Source: Antedon mediterranea
Taxonomy: Eukaryota > Animalia > Echinodermata
Reading direction: 5' to 3'
Length of the DNA stretch: 64,000 bases
Assembly (NCBI RefSeq): GCF_964355755.1
Contig: NC_092672.1
Span: forward strand, 7,316,001-7,380,000
The position numbers and the translations under genes were made by a program. The notes below the pieces were generated by a model. It did not search any database and was not told the origin of the DNA. It saw nothing but the letters and a program-made list of their open reading frames with translations. Shown here piece by piece: positions 38,003 through 50,589 of the stretch (within the stretch, counting starts at the first letter, position 1; each line of letters begins with the position of its first letter).

Positions 38003-41000
38003 CAGAACCATTTGTGAACATCAAATATGTCCTCTCACAATGCCTGTCACTTCTTAAAGGAGTATTAATGCAGGAGATGTTATGAATAATGCGATAAGAA
38101 GATTTTGTTCTGTTAAATCCATAAACCAAGTTTCAGAACCAAGATTAAGTAAATCAAGAATAGTAAAGTCACCCAGTTCTGGATGTAAAACAAGAATATT
38201 ATTAGTAATACTGTCAGTCTAAAAGATGATAATATTTATAGAGGTGACGAGTTGTCCTAGTGCATCTTTCCACAAAATTATTATGGCATTGCTACAGCGT
38301 TTTGATAGGAAGAAGCGACTACAGATATTGCTGTTTCACATCGTTTGCGCATTTTATTGCAACAAATTAAAAAAGCGTTGTGGAACAAATCGTACAAATG
38401 ACTGTAGCTGTGTGAAAAGGAATACTCTACATTCATGTCAACTATGCATCTTGTCTACAAACATTCCAAATTGTTAATCTCCATTTTATACTTTTATAAA
38501 AGAAATTGTTTTCCCATTTTCACATTTCCAGCTAATAGATTAATGTGCTTTCTTTATATTATAGTAATAATTATAAAGACATTTTTAATTATTAAATTGA
38601 ATTTTATTGCTTTGGTTAAACGGTCAATCGCCTTGAAGATTTAAAATACCTAAGGATTTCTGAAAGGATTGTTAAAAATATTGTCAATAGATTTAGTTTA
38701 ATTATGAAAGACAACTCAATCTTTATATTAAGTTCTGTCTAACTTAACTAGTTGGACAAAAAAAATGTGCCCAAATATGGTAGTGATGTACCCAAACATG
38801 GTAGTAATATGGCGTCATCATATCCATATATGGGCACATACATTTTTTTGTCACATACAGTTTGATAGTGTAGACAGAGATTTGGATTTGAAGCTGCATA
38901 TTATAGTGTATAAACCACATAACTGTTAAATTGTTTGTTTAGAAAATCTGTCAGAACAGATACCAGCTCCTTTATAATAATGATGCATTGAATATTTTAA
39001 ATTATAATACGTTATTTAATTGTGAGAAATTTGACTATTACTTGATTCAATAATTATATTAGACTGAGCATCCGATATTGATCTTTGTTGAAAACATCTT
39101 GCTTAATACAATTTCCTTGAATTTATTCTAAACAGAATGATTGAACCTTGAAAATATTGTTTATAATTAATAATAATGCAAGAATATTATTTTTTTGGTA
39201 CAGTCAAATATCATTATAACAATATTCACTGATAATTGAAAAATTAGAATTTTCTGAAGAATTGTTTTCTTCTATCAAACAAGCTACAAAAAAAAAATTT
39301 ACTTTGGTTTAAAAGTCAATGTATTCAAAATAAATATAGATATTAAATAAAATATTTACATACTTTTTTTCTGAAATCCTTAAACTACTGTATCTTGACT
39401 CAAAAACATTGATAAATGTCAACACATCAATGTTTGGGCCAGCCCAAGAATATTTGGGCCAGCCCAAATGTGTTATTTGGGAAAGTTGACTGTACAGCTG
39501 TAAAAAATGGTAACATTAACTTTCCAGTTCCCCTCAAATGTGCAGGGCTTACATAACTTAGCTCAAAGATTTTCCTTGGCTTATTTCTTCTTCCCTAGAC
39601 TCCTGGTCTAGTTCATTTATTTACACAGCGTATGATATGCCAGCAGCCCAAAGTACATAGATATTATTTGAAGAAATTAGATGCAAAATGAATTACTATG
39701 TAGACTTTTATTTCACTTGACCATGTATTCTTAACAAAATAAGCTTATAACAGTAACTGGACTATGTGCTTTAATTTTATATAGTTAAACACACAAATTA
39801 ATAGTAAATTGTTTTAATAGATGTGCTATATTATCAGGATAGAAATAATTAACAAAAATTTCAGAATATTTAGAGAATTATGCAGCTGTAAAAACACTAT
39901 TGTAAATGGTGTTAATTTGTTTTTGTATGGAAAACATAAGGAAGTTTAAAAATGTAATAAATAATGTTGTTAATCGCATACATGTGATATCCTTACCATG
40001 AAAACCTTCAAAGCAATAATATGATAATTAAAGATTTTATTATCAATTACTTGTATGCTGCAGATGATTCATTGTAAATGAAAAAGTGTGAATCATAATT
40101 ACAGATTAAAAATGAGGCCAGTTACTATTGAGGTTTAACTGGTCTGTCATGGGTTTTACAGGCATTGGTCAGCGGAACTGGACTTAATCAAAAAGTGTGT
40201 AATGAATAAGTAAAATATAAATAAAATTAATGACTTATGTAAAGTATAGTTTGTGAATAGATTTATGCTGTGTCATTAATAATGCTTTTTAGATTTAACA
40301 ATTTTTAAAAAGTTTTTAAAATACTCAGTTTACCAAATAAGGCACTGAAAAAGTTAATAAAAAAAAAATTACAATTATGATGTTGTTTATTATAATTACA
40401 TTATGAGATAAGTTTCATATTGTAGTTATAAAATATTGGGATAAAACAAATTGGAACTAATACATTAAAAATTAACATAGTTTTTATGAATTAAGGAGTA
40501 TGCATCGCTTAGACTTTATGAGGATCAAATGATACCTCTAATGACGGACCACCAATGAGTTGGTTACTCAAATGTTATATATTATAGACAGTAGGTTGGT
40601 GCAATGTTTTAAAAAGTAGTTATTTTCTGGAAGTGGTCCCGTAAATAGAATGGGTTATAGAATACTTTACTGTATTCAAATTATCATGAAATAGAAATTT
40701 ATATATTTTATAGATTTTCTATTGCTGTTTTTATATTACATTGTATTTTGAAAATAGCAGAAATCGAATTGCTGTGTTTATCTATTTTTTTGTGTGAGAT
40801 TGTTGTATTTAAAAAAATAAAATATTTATGTTAGTAAATGTACAGGTTACTGTAAAGTGTTGACACGTACTTACCATAGGCCTGTAAAACATATTTTATG
40901 CAATTTTTTTACATTTTGAAAAATAAACATATGTTGGGGATAAAAAACTTTTGTTTTGTCCTGTCATTTTTTAATACAGTAATAATATAATACGAGTCAT

Positions 41001-42705
41001 AATTGTCAGCTCCTGATCAACACTAAAAACGGTCTAGCGCCCTCTATTTTTGTTGAAAGTTGTTGGTTGATGAAAAAGCTTTAAAAACACTCGGAAGAAA
41101 ATAATATGACACTTTCTACCCGAATTAATAAGAATATAATAAGTATAATGTTTTATTCTGGTAACTCATATTCATAATTTTAAATAGCTTATAATTATAT
41201 GGATATTGGCTACAATGTATAAAGGTCGATATGAAAATGTCTTTCAATTAAACAAAAACTTGTTTCTCAATACAGCTAGAATTAATGATACAGTAGTTTT
41301 TATTGAAAATCGACAAATTTCAACAATGCAAATTATTTTTGTATCAATATTGTTTATATTTTAATAATTCGAGTTTTAAGTTTCTTTTAATTTTGAAAAT
41401 GTTGATAATGATTCATATTTAAAAGCCATATTGGCTTTTTTTGCTATACAAAATAATATGAATGAAGAAGTAGGCCTATGTATTGTTTAGATTTGGTAAT
41501 TTCCTAATACCAATGATAAACGTATTGACGCTCATTATTTACCTATAAACATATTTTTTTTGCAATTATTTGACATTAAAGAAAATATCCATTTCGTGTC
41601 ATACATTTAAAATAATTATTGCATTATTCTTCAATATACGAATTTCAACGCCGGTTCCTCCCAAAAAAACAGCTCCTGAATAACATTAAAAATGGTCTAC
41701 TGCCCTCTATTTTTTTTGAAAGTTTTTAGTCGATAATATTTTTTGTTGACAAGGATATACTGTGGAAGTTGACCTTTTAGACCGTATTAAATTAATTAAT
41801 AGGAATATTAATTTAAGACAATGTTATATTTTATACTAAATAAAAAAAATAATACTACGTCTTTGTGGTTTTATTTATCTATTTATTGGTAAGCACTGTC
41901 TTACACATTTTGATCATTTGGTATTATAACCAAAAAAAAAACAATCAGTCATCCTTCTTTCTCCCATCGCACCACTCAAGATTTTAGTTGTGAAAATAAA
42001 TAAATAAAAATCAACATCGTTCACAGCACTTTGCATAACAAAATAATTACAATTACTTTTACTACCACTAGTTTTTTTACTTGTATTAAAGCTAATAAAT
42101 CGACCCGGCCTCATGAGAACTAGGCGGGAGGGGTGGAGGTGATATTGGTTAACTTTTTTCTGTCAAAACTTAGTTTCGTAATACGCGGGTTATTTACCTA
42201 CATAACTTTGCACAACCGCAATGCGTGATCATGAAGATTTAGCCAATCAAATGTTGGTACGGTCCTTATCTAATTAGCATAATTCAGCAGACGAACTTAT
42301 TTTGCCGGTTTGGTAGAAGACGGCGGAGGAGACGGTGGAAGCAAGAGAAACGAAATTAGGTACCGGTATGTGTTTTGAATTGCTTAAGAATTTGGCCTAA
42401 ATACACAATACTCACCTAAAACTCTTGTTGTAGTTACGAATAATAAACATGTGTCCTGTGTCATTTTTTTTAATAATTAGTTTAAATAGTACAAAATAAT
42501 GTCGAAAATATAAAACTTTAAAACAGTAAAAAAAAACTAGTAATAAATTAAAAAACAAACATGTGTATTTTGTCAATTTATTTTACTTTTAAAAACACAT
42601 ACAGTCAAATCTAAAACTTGTTTAAAGTACATACTCACCTTAAACTCTTTTCGTAGTTTAAGAATAATAAATTAAAAAAAACATGTCTTGTGTCAATTCA
42701 TTTTG

Positions 42706-44170
42706 TACGTCTAGACGTCGCTATGACAGTACGTCTAGACGTCGCTATGACAGTACGTCTAGACGTCGCTATGACAGTACGTCTAGACGTCGCTATGACA
42801 GTACGTCTAGACGTCGCTATGACAGTACGTCTAGACGTCGCTATGACAGTACGTCTAGACGTCGCTATGACAGTAAGTCTAGACGTCGCTATGACAGTAC
42901 ATCTAGTACGTCTAGACGTCGCTATGACAGTACGTCTAGACGTCGCTATGACAGAACGTCTAGACGTCGCTATGACAGTACGTCTAGACGTAGCTGTGAT
43001 AGTACGTCTAGACGTCGCTGTGATAGTACGTCTAGACGTCGCTGTGAAAGTACGTCTAGACGTCGCTGTGACAGTACGTCTAGACGTCGCTGTGACAGTA
43101 CGTCTAGACGTCGCTGTGACAGTACGTCTAGACGTCCCTGTGACAGTACGTCTAGACGTCGCTATGACAGTACGTCTAGACGTCGCTATGACAGTACGTC
43201 TAGACGTCTCTATGGCAGTACTAGACGTCGCTATGACAGTACGTCTAGACGTCGCTATGACAGTATGTCTAGACGTCGCTATGACAGTACGTCTAGACGT
43301 CACTTACGTCTAGACGTCACTATGACAGTACGTCTAAACGTCACTATGACAGTACGTCTAGACGTCACTATGACAGTATGTCTAGACGTCACTATGACAG
43401 TACGTCTTGACGTCTAGATGTCACTTACGTCTAGACGTCACTATGACAGTACGTGTAGACGTCGCTGTGACAGTACGTCTAGACGTCGCTATGGCAGTAC
43501 GTCTAGACGTCGCTATGATAGTACGTGTAGACGTCCCTATGATAGTACGTGTAGACGTCCCTATGATAGTACGTGTAGACGTCGCTATGATAGTACGTCT
43601 AGACGTCGCTATGAAAGTACTGTACGTGTAGACGTCACTATGACAGTACGTCTAGAGGTCACTATGACAGTACGTCTAGACGTCACTATGACAGTACGTC
43701 TAGACGTCACTATGACAGTACGTCTAGACGTCACTATGACAGTACGTCTAGACATCACTATGACAGTACGTCTAGACGTCGCTATACAGTACGTCTAGAC
43801 GTCGCTATACAGTACGTCTAGACGTCGCTATGACAGTACGTCTTGACTTCTCTATGACAGTACGTCTAGACGTCGCTATGACAGTACGTCTAGACGTCAC
43901 TTACGTCTAGACGTCACTATGACAGTATGTCTAGGCGTCAATATGACAGTACGTCTAGACGTCACTATGACAGTACGTCTAGACGTCACTATGACAGTAC
44001 GTCTAGATGTCACTTACGTCTAGACGTTGCTGTGATAGTACGTCTAGACGTCGCTGTGATAGTACGTCTAGACGTCGCTGTGAAAGTACGTCTAGACGTC
44101 GCTATGACAGTACGTGTAGATGTCGCTATGACAGTACGTCTAGACGTCGTTATGACAGTACGTCTAGACG
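42706..44170. repeat. 24-bp minisatellite (AGTACGTCTAGACGTCGCTATGAC), ~60 units
   Basis: Directly visible. Each unit contains the palindrome ACGTCTAGACGT. Confidence 0.97.
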
Positions 44171-44257
44171 AGATGTGCACAAGAATATAAATAATTAATT
44201 CCCTAGCTCACTTTTTTCAGATTGGGCTAATGAAGATACATATGCAATGTTGTTGGT

Positions 44258-45152
44258 TATGGAACGCCTCCTCTGCCTTCAGTTCACATTTATCATGCAG
44301 TACACACCAATCGTCATGCAGTACACACCAATCGTCATGCAGTACACACCAAACATTATGCAGTACACACCAATTGTCATGCAGTACACACCAATCGTCA
44401 TGCAGTACACACCAATCGTCATGCAGTCAAATATTGCGTAATTTATACCGCCACCTATCGACAAAATCGAATATCACGTGAGGTTTATTAGACGGCTGTA
44501 AAACTAAGACTATTTAAACTTCTTTTATGGAATTCAATAATTGCAATGGCCTCCTAGCCGCGCCTGTGTCTCGCATAATAAATTATTGTATATATAAAAA
44601 ACAGAGCATTCACAGAGATGTGTAGCGGTTAAAATAAGTACAGTATGTCAAACATAAAAGAAATCTTAGAGTCGATGGCCTAGTTTTACAGCCGTCTAAT
44701 AAACGTCACGTGATATTCGATTTTGTCGATAGGTGGCGGTATAAATTACGCAATATTTCACTGCATGACGATTGGTGTGTACTGCATGACGATTGGTGTG
44801 TACTGCATGACAATTGGTGTGTACTGCATGACCATTGGTGTGTACTGCATGATGTTTGGTGTGTACTGCATGACGATTGGTGTGTACTGCATGATGTTTG
44901 GTGTGTACTGCATGACGATTGGTGTGTACTGCATGACCATTGGTGTGTACTGCATGACGATTGGTGTGTACTGCATAACCATTGGTGTGTACTGCATGAT
45001 AAATGTGAACGACGATTGGTGTGTACTGCATGACCATTGGTGTGTACTGCATGACCATTGGTGTGTACTGCATGACCATTGGTGTGTACTGCATGACGAT
45101 TGGTGTGTACTGCATGATAAATGTGAACTGAAGGCAGAGGAGGCGTTCCATA
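44258..45152. mobile_element. IS3EU-like non-autonomous transposon with long TIRs containing 21-bp tandem repeats
   Basis: Termini TATGGAACGCCTCCTCTGCC / GGCAGAGGAGGCGTTCCATA with a 6-bp TSD GTTGGT (44252-44257, 45153-45158). The arms contain (TGCAGTACACACCAATCGTCA)n. Confidence 0.8.
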
Positions 45153-45289
45153 GTTGGTATTAATCACAGGTAAGCAACATCATCACATGTGCACAAGTAT
45201 ATAAATAATTATCTTCCCCAGCTCACTTTTTCAGATTGGGCTAATAAAGATTCGGATGCAATTTGGTGGCACCATTCACTGCAGGTAAA

Positions 45290-45975
45290 CTACATGAAAT
45301 GTGTACAAGGTATATAAATAATTAGCTTCCCTTTTCAGATTGGGCTAATGAAGATACTGATGTAATTTGTGGAACTGCAGGTAGACAACATGAAATGTGT
45401 ACAAGGTATATAAATAATTAGCTTCCCTTTTCAGATTGGGCTAATGAAGATACTGATTTAATTTGTGGAACTGCAGGTAGACAACATGAAATATGTACAA
45501 GGTATATAAATAATTAGCTTCCCTTTTCAGATTGGGCTAATGAAGATACTGATATAATTTGTGGAACTGCAGGTAGACAACATGAAATGTGTACAAGGTA
45601 TATAAATAATTAACTTCCCTTTTCAGATTGGGCTAATGAAGATACTGATATAATTTGTGGAACTGCAGGTAGACAACATGAAATGTGTACAAGGTATATA
45701 AATAATTAGCTTCCCTTTTCAGATTGGGCTAATGAAGATACTGATATAATTTGTGGAACTGCAGGTAGACAACATGAAATGTGTACAAGGTATATAAATA
45801 ATTAGCTTCCCTTTTCAGATTGGGCTAATGAAGATACTGATATAATTTGTGGAACTGCAGGTAGACAACATGAAATGTGTACAAGGTATATAAATAATTA
45901 GCTTCCCTTTTCAGATTGGGCTAATGAAGATACTGATGTAATTTGTGGAACTGCAGGTAGACAACATGAAATGTA
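45290..45975 (+). repeat. 96-bp tandem repeat x7, each unit a candidate 42-nt exon plus 54-nt intron
   Basis: CCCTTTTCAG|ATTGGG...ACTGCAG|GTAGAC. Exon-like segments start at 45339, 45435, 45531, 45627, 45723, 45819 and 45915. Confidence 0.9.
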
Positions 45976-46209
45976 CAAGCATACTATATATAATTATTTT
46001 TTCCAGCTTTCTTTTCAGATTGGACTCAGAATGAGAGATATTTATGTTTGAACCAATCAAAGGTAAGCAAGATGTTGTTATAACGTTAATATGCCTTGTA
46101 ATTTAATTTTGCATGGCTAAATTATTGTACAAGCTATTTTTATATATTTATAGGTATGTATGTAGCTAAGAATAAGTTTAGGTAAGAGGTACCTGGTTTG
46201 AATTTCTTG

Positions 46210-46420
46210 TTAAGTGTAGCCAAGATAGATTAAGTGTAGCCAAGATAGATTAAGTGTAGCCAAGATAGATTAAGTGTAGCCAAGATAGATTAAGTGTAGC
46301 CAAGATAGATTAAGTGTAGCCAAGATAGATTAAGTGTAGCCAAGATAGATTAAGTGTAGCCAAGATAGATTAAGTGTAGCCAAGATGGATTAGGTGTAGC
46401 CAAGATAGATTATGTGTAGC
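46210..46420. repeat. 20-bp minisatellite (TAAGTGTAGCCAAGATAGAT), ~10 copies
   Basis: Directly visible. Confidence 0.95.
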
Positions 46421-46453
46421 TAACTTTAGTCTCAGTAAAAGCAAGTGTCTGAG

Positions 46454-49400
46454 TAGACTTGCCCCAAGTCTGTATTGTTTTTTATTTATTTGTTTTATTT
46501 CGGCCGCGATTTTTGTCTGAAAATACAGACTTGTGAAACACGTATAGAAATCGATTTGCAGACCGCAAACATCCGATAAGAATGACGTAGGTTATCATAC
46601 CGTATTTGGCTATATGGGGCGGGCGGTATGTAAATATGGATTTCGAATCAACCAATGATCATTTTGTTTCAAAATGAAAAAGATCGAGTACGTACAGTGC
46701 TGAATGTACGATCGAGACTGTTGAAATATGAAATCGTGTTGCCAATTTGTTTTGTTTATTAATTGTTTAGTCCTTAGCCTAGGCCTCCTTCGTAGGTCCT
46801 ACTTAACTCGCACGTATGACCTGCCAAATAAAACGCCAATAAGGTAGGCCTACATACCACCACCGGCACACAACAGGATTCACACACAACAGACAGGGCT
46901 ACACTACACAGAACAGGACAGGGTCTGGGTGGGAATTAAATCAAATTATCTCCGCGTAATATTAAATGATCCATTCAATGTTTGATTTGCGGAGAAGCAA
47001 GACGAGTTTTCTTGGGAAAAATCCCATCAAATTTTTACCAGACTACTACTAGGCATACGGTATAAAATCATTTCTAGCCTTCAGAAACTTTCATTAATGT
47101 ACCCAAGTACACATTGTCTAAACGTAACATAGCGCATGCGTACCTTCTTAGTTGTTGAGTCTTTGAAATTCTGAAACATGAATATTAAAACAGTGTACGA
47201 GTGAGTAGCCAATCGCATGCAGCTGAAACTAGTCAACCGGATAATCTATGCACCAAGAATTCTTGGTGTCAATCCACGTGACTTTTGCGTGTTTCCCCAG
47301 ATAGTCCAGTCAAAAATCACCCTCACCATGGTATAAGAACGTACCCTAATAAAATTTCATCCGTAGGTTCTACGTATATAGGTAATAACATTTCTTGATG
47401 TTGCGTCTTGCAAAACTTGGGATTTTACGAGAAAATTAGACTTTTATACCCAATTTATAACCGCCTCATGTCGTATTATTGTGTACAGCGAATGCGACGA
47501 AGCGTGACTGAAATTACGAGACGCCGTTAGCGCCCGTTGAAAAATGCATTAACAAAGCTAAAAACCTACAAAACTAATAGTTTATACAATGATTTAAATA
47601 TAGTTTACAATAAATTGTATAATAAAATACATAACATATAGAGAAAACTCAAATATAAACTAAAATATTTACAGATATGTGTTTAAAAATGTACAAATCA
47701 AAATGGCCTTCCATAAAATAAAGTGCGCCCTCACGAGTCATACTTTTATCGGACTTGTATGGAATGGTTTTACAAGGCATTAATATACGAAACCCGATGC
47801 GATTTGTTAGTTATTGCCTCTGCAAGAGGCAGAATATTATATTTTCACAAATATATTTCTATTTTTTATCATGGAAAAAAGGATTGTATATATTTAAACA
47901 CATTACAACCTCCAGTCTACCATCATGATGGATTAAGTGAATTGCGCCGTATTGTATATCTGCTAAAGCGTAATGATCTCCTAGTTAGGGCCTATCTACC
48001 TAGTTTTATTCTGGACATTCTTTTTTTCACAGCATTACTTGCGTGGATATCACAATGCATTGTATATTCGCGATTATAGTCAATGTTAATTTGAGTGAGA
48101 ATCATTTTTATATGACAGTCCATTTCGCGTATACGATTTAAATGAATAAAGTCGTCTGAAATATTTTCTTATTGGTTATCCGCAACAAAGTTAATCCTTG
48201 TGATTGTTAGTTTTGTTTAAGTTTCTTTGAATTGATTCATCTATATCGTATGATGTGTGAGACAATTTCGTCTTTTAGAAAATGTAATCCTGCCACCGAA
48301 TATTCTTTATGTTTGAGACGTCTGACGGATAACTTTGTTATTCTTTTATGTTTAATAACTAATCTTCATCTTCACTTTTTGGGACAATAGCCTACATCTT
48401 TTAAGTTTAAAACGTCATTTATAAGCAATTGAATAAGCCAACAAATTAAACTACAGTGTTCTTCCAAGCTTTATAAATATTATTCAAATTCATTAAAATG
48501 CGTCGGACTCGGCGGAAAACAATATTTGAAATAAATGCATATAAAAAGTTTTTTGTGGACTTTACTTTCTCGTCCCAAGTTAGAACTTTCAGGTCAGGCC
48601 GTGGAGGTGAACCAATCGTTTATGACATGCTTTTGTGTATAAAATGTCCAATAATAATTATCATTGTAGGACTACTCTCCACCAAAAAAACTTTATAATG
48701 TATTTATTACGTCACGTCTTAAAAAAAGGAGAATTGGGTAATACAGTATGTTGTCGTTTCTCGCGAATCTTACATCACACTCCCACATCTCACTCTCTTT
48801 TATTTAGTGAAATGTGAATGGTGGAAAAACGGGAAAATACGTTAACTTTAGAATACTTTGAATTCTGGAAGACGACTTCGAACTTAAAGAATCGTCATGA
48901 ATGACGTTTATTGGCTCAAACTTCACACATCGGTACGATGTGGAGGCCAGACGGATTCAGAGAGGATCAAACCGGCAACTCCTCCTCATTGGCAGTGGGG
49001 GAAGTGGTTGGTGGTGGCGGGTGAAAAGGGAAAATGAAAAATGTTGATTTAGACGAATCCCGACCAGCCCCTTTTATACGCTCTAAATAATTGTAGGAAA
49101 GTGAAAGGCCTACTTGAGGTAGTATCTTCGTATAGGCCTACGCGTAATTGATTATCCTTAAATGATTGGTTCTTACTCTAATTAAGATTATAATCGCGAA
49201 TGGCAGTTCAAAATATGCAATGCATTGTGATATCCACGCAAGGAATGCTGTGGAAACAAAAATGTCCAAAATAAAACCAGCAGAACTAGTAAATCATTAC
49301 GCTCCAGCAGATATACAAATATACACTTTATCCATCATGATGGTATACTGGAGGTTGTAATGTGTTTAAATATATACAATCCTTTTTTCCATGATAAAAA

Positions 49401-50076
49401 ATATAAATAAATTTGTGAAAATAAAATATTCTGCCTCTTGCGTAAAAAAAAGGCAATTACTAATAAACCGCATCGGGTTTCGTACATTTATGCCTTGTAT
49501 AACCATTCATATACAAGTCCGATAAAAGTATGACTCATGAGGGCGCACTTTATTTTATGGAAGGCCATTTTGATTTGTACATTTTTAAACACATATCTGT
49601 AAATATTTTAGTTTATATTTGAGTTTTCTCTATATGTTATGTATTTTATTATACAATTTATTGTAAACTATATTTAAATCATTGTATAAACTATTAGTTT
49701 TGTAGGTTTTTAGCTTTGTTAATGCATTTTTCAACGGGCGCTAACGGCGTCTCGTAATTTCAGTCACGCTTCGTCGCATTCGCTGTACACAATAATACGA
49801 CATGAGGTGGTTATAAATTAGGTATAAAAGTCTAATTTTCTCGTAAAATCCCAAGTTTTGCAAGACGCAACATCAAGAAATGTTATTACCTATATACATA
49901 GAACCTACGGGTGAAATTTTATTAGGGTACGTTCTTATACCATGGTGAGGGTGATTTTTGACTGGACTAAGACGGAGTATCCAAAATCAAGTAATACACG
50001 TATGAAACGCCATATGTGCAAAAATATTTATATTTTTACTAATATTAAGAAAAAACTCCGTCTGGAGCCCAGACTA
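46454..50076. mobile_element. AcademH-like non-autonomous element (outer)
   Basis: TAG...CTA termini and a 9-bp direct repeat GTGTCTGAG at 46445-46453 and 50077-50085. Each end has its own subterminal inverted repeat. Confidence 0.7.
47302..49969. mobile_element. Academ-like non-autonomous element (inner) with ~630-bp TIRs
   Basis: TAGTCCAGTCAAAAATCACCCTCACCATGG... and its reverse complement ending at 49969. 3-bp TSD AGA (47299-47301, 49970-49972). Confidence 0.85.
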
Positions 50077-50104
50077 GTGTCTGAGCTAAGACAAGATAAT
50101 TTAT

Positions 50105-50222
50105 AATAAGTGTAGATAAGACAAGATATAATAAGTGTAGATAAGACAAGATATAATAAGTGTAGATAAGACAAGATATAATAAGTGTAGATAAGACAAG
50201 ATATAATAAGTGTAGATAAGTA
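50105..50222. repeat. 23-bp minisatellite (TAAGTGTAGATAAGACAAGATATA-like), ~5 copies
   Basis: Directly visible. Confidence 0.9.
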
Positions 50223-50532
50223 GCAAGTACTGTACTGTGAACATTTGCACTTTTACTGTTATTGCACTTGCATGTTGTAAACTTACGACTTATATTTTTT
50301 TAGCACTACTAATTCTTAACAACTTATAATGCGGTGCATTCATGAACGTGATTTGTACTTTTTTTTAATTACAATGATTTTTTTTAGGTTTGCTGATTGC
50401 TCCAAAGTAAAGTTGTCACTGTGTCTTTGTAGCTGATTATTGGTGGGATGGGCTACAACACTATTTTTTATTTAAACTTAATTACAATCATGTGCCTTGT
50501 GCATCTTAACCTTCTGACCTTCATCAACTTTT

Positions 50533-50566
<34 letters not shown>

Positions 50567-50589
50567 CCAAAGGCAAATTACTGAAAAAA

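Noticed and set aside
42683-45167. Long ORFs in the 24-bp and 21-bp arrays as genes
   Set aside because: They are open in several frames and on both strands because the unit lengths are multiples of 3 and lack stops. There is no non-repetitive domain.
42706-46420. CRISPR-like array
   Set aside because: The repeats are head-to-tail with no unique spacers, there are no cas genes, and the context is eukaryotic.
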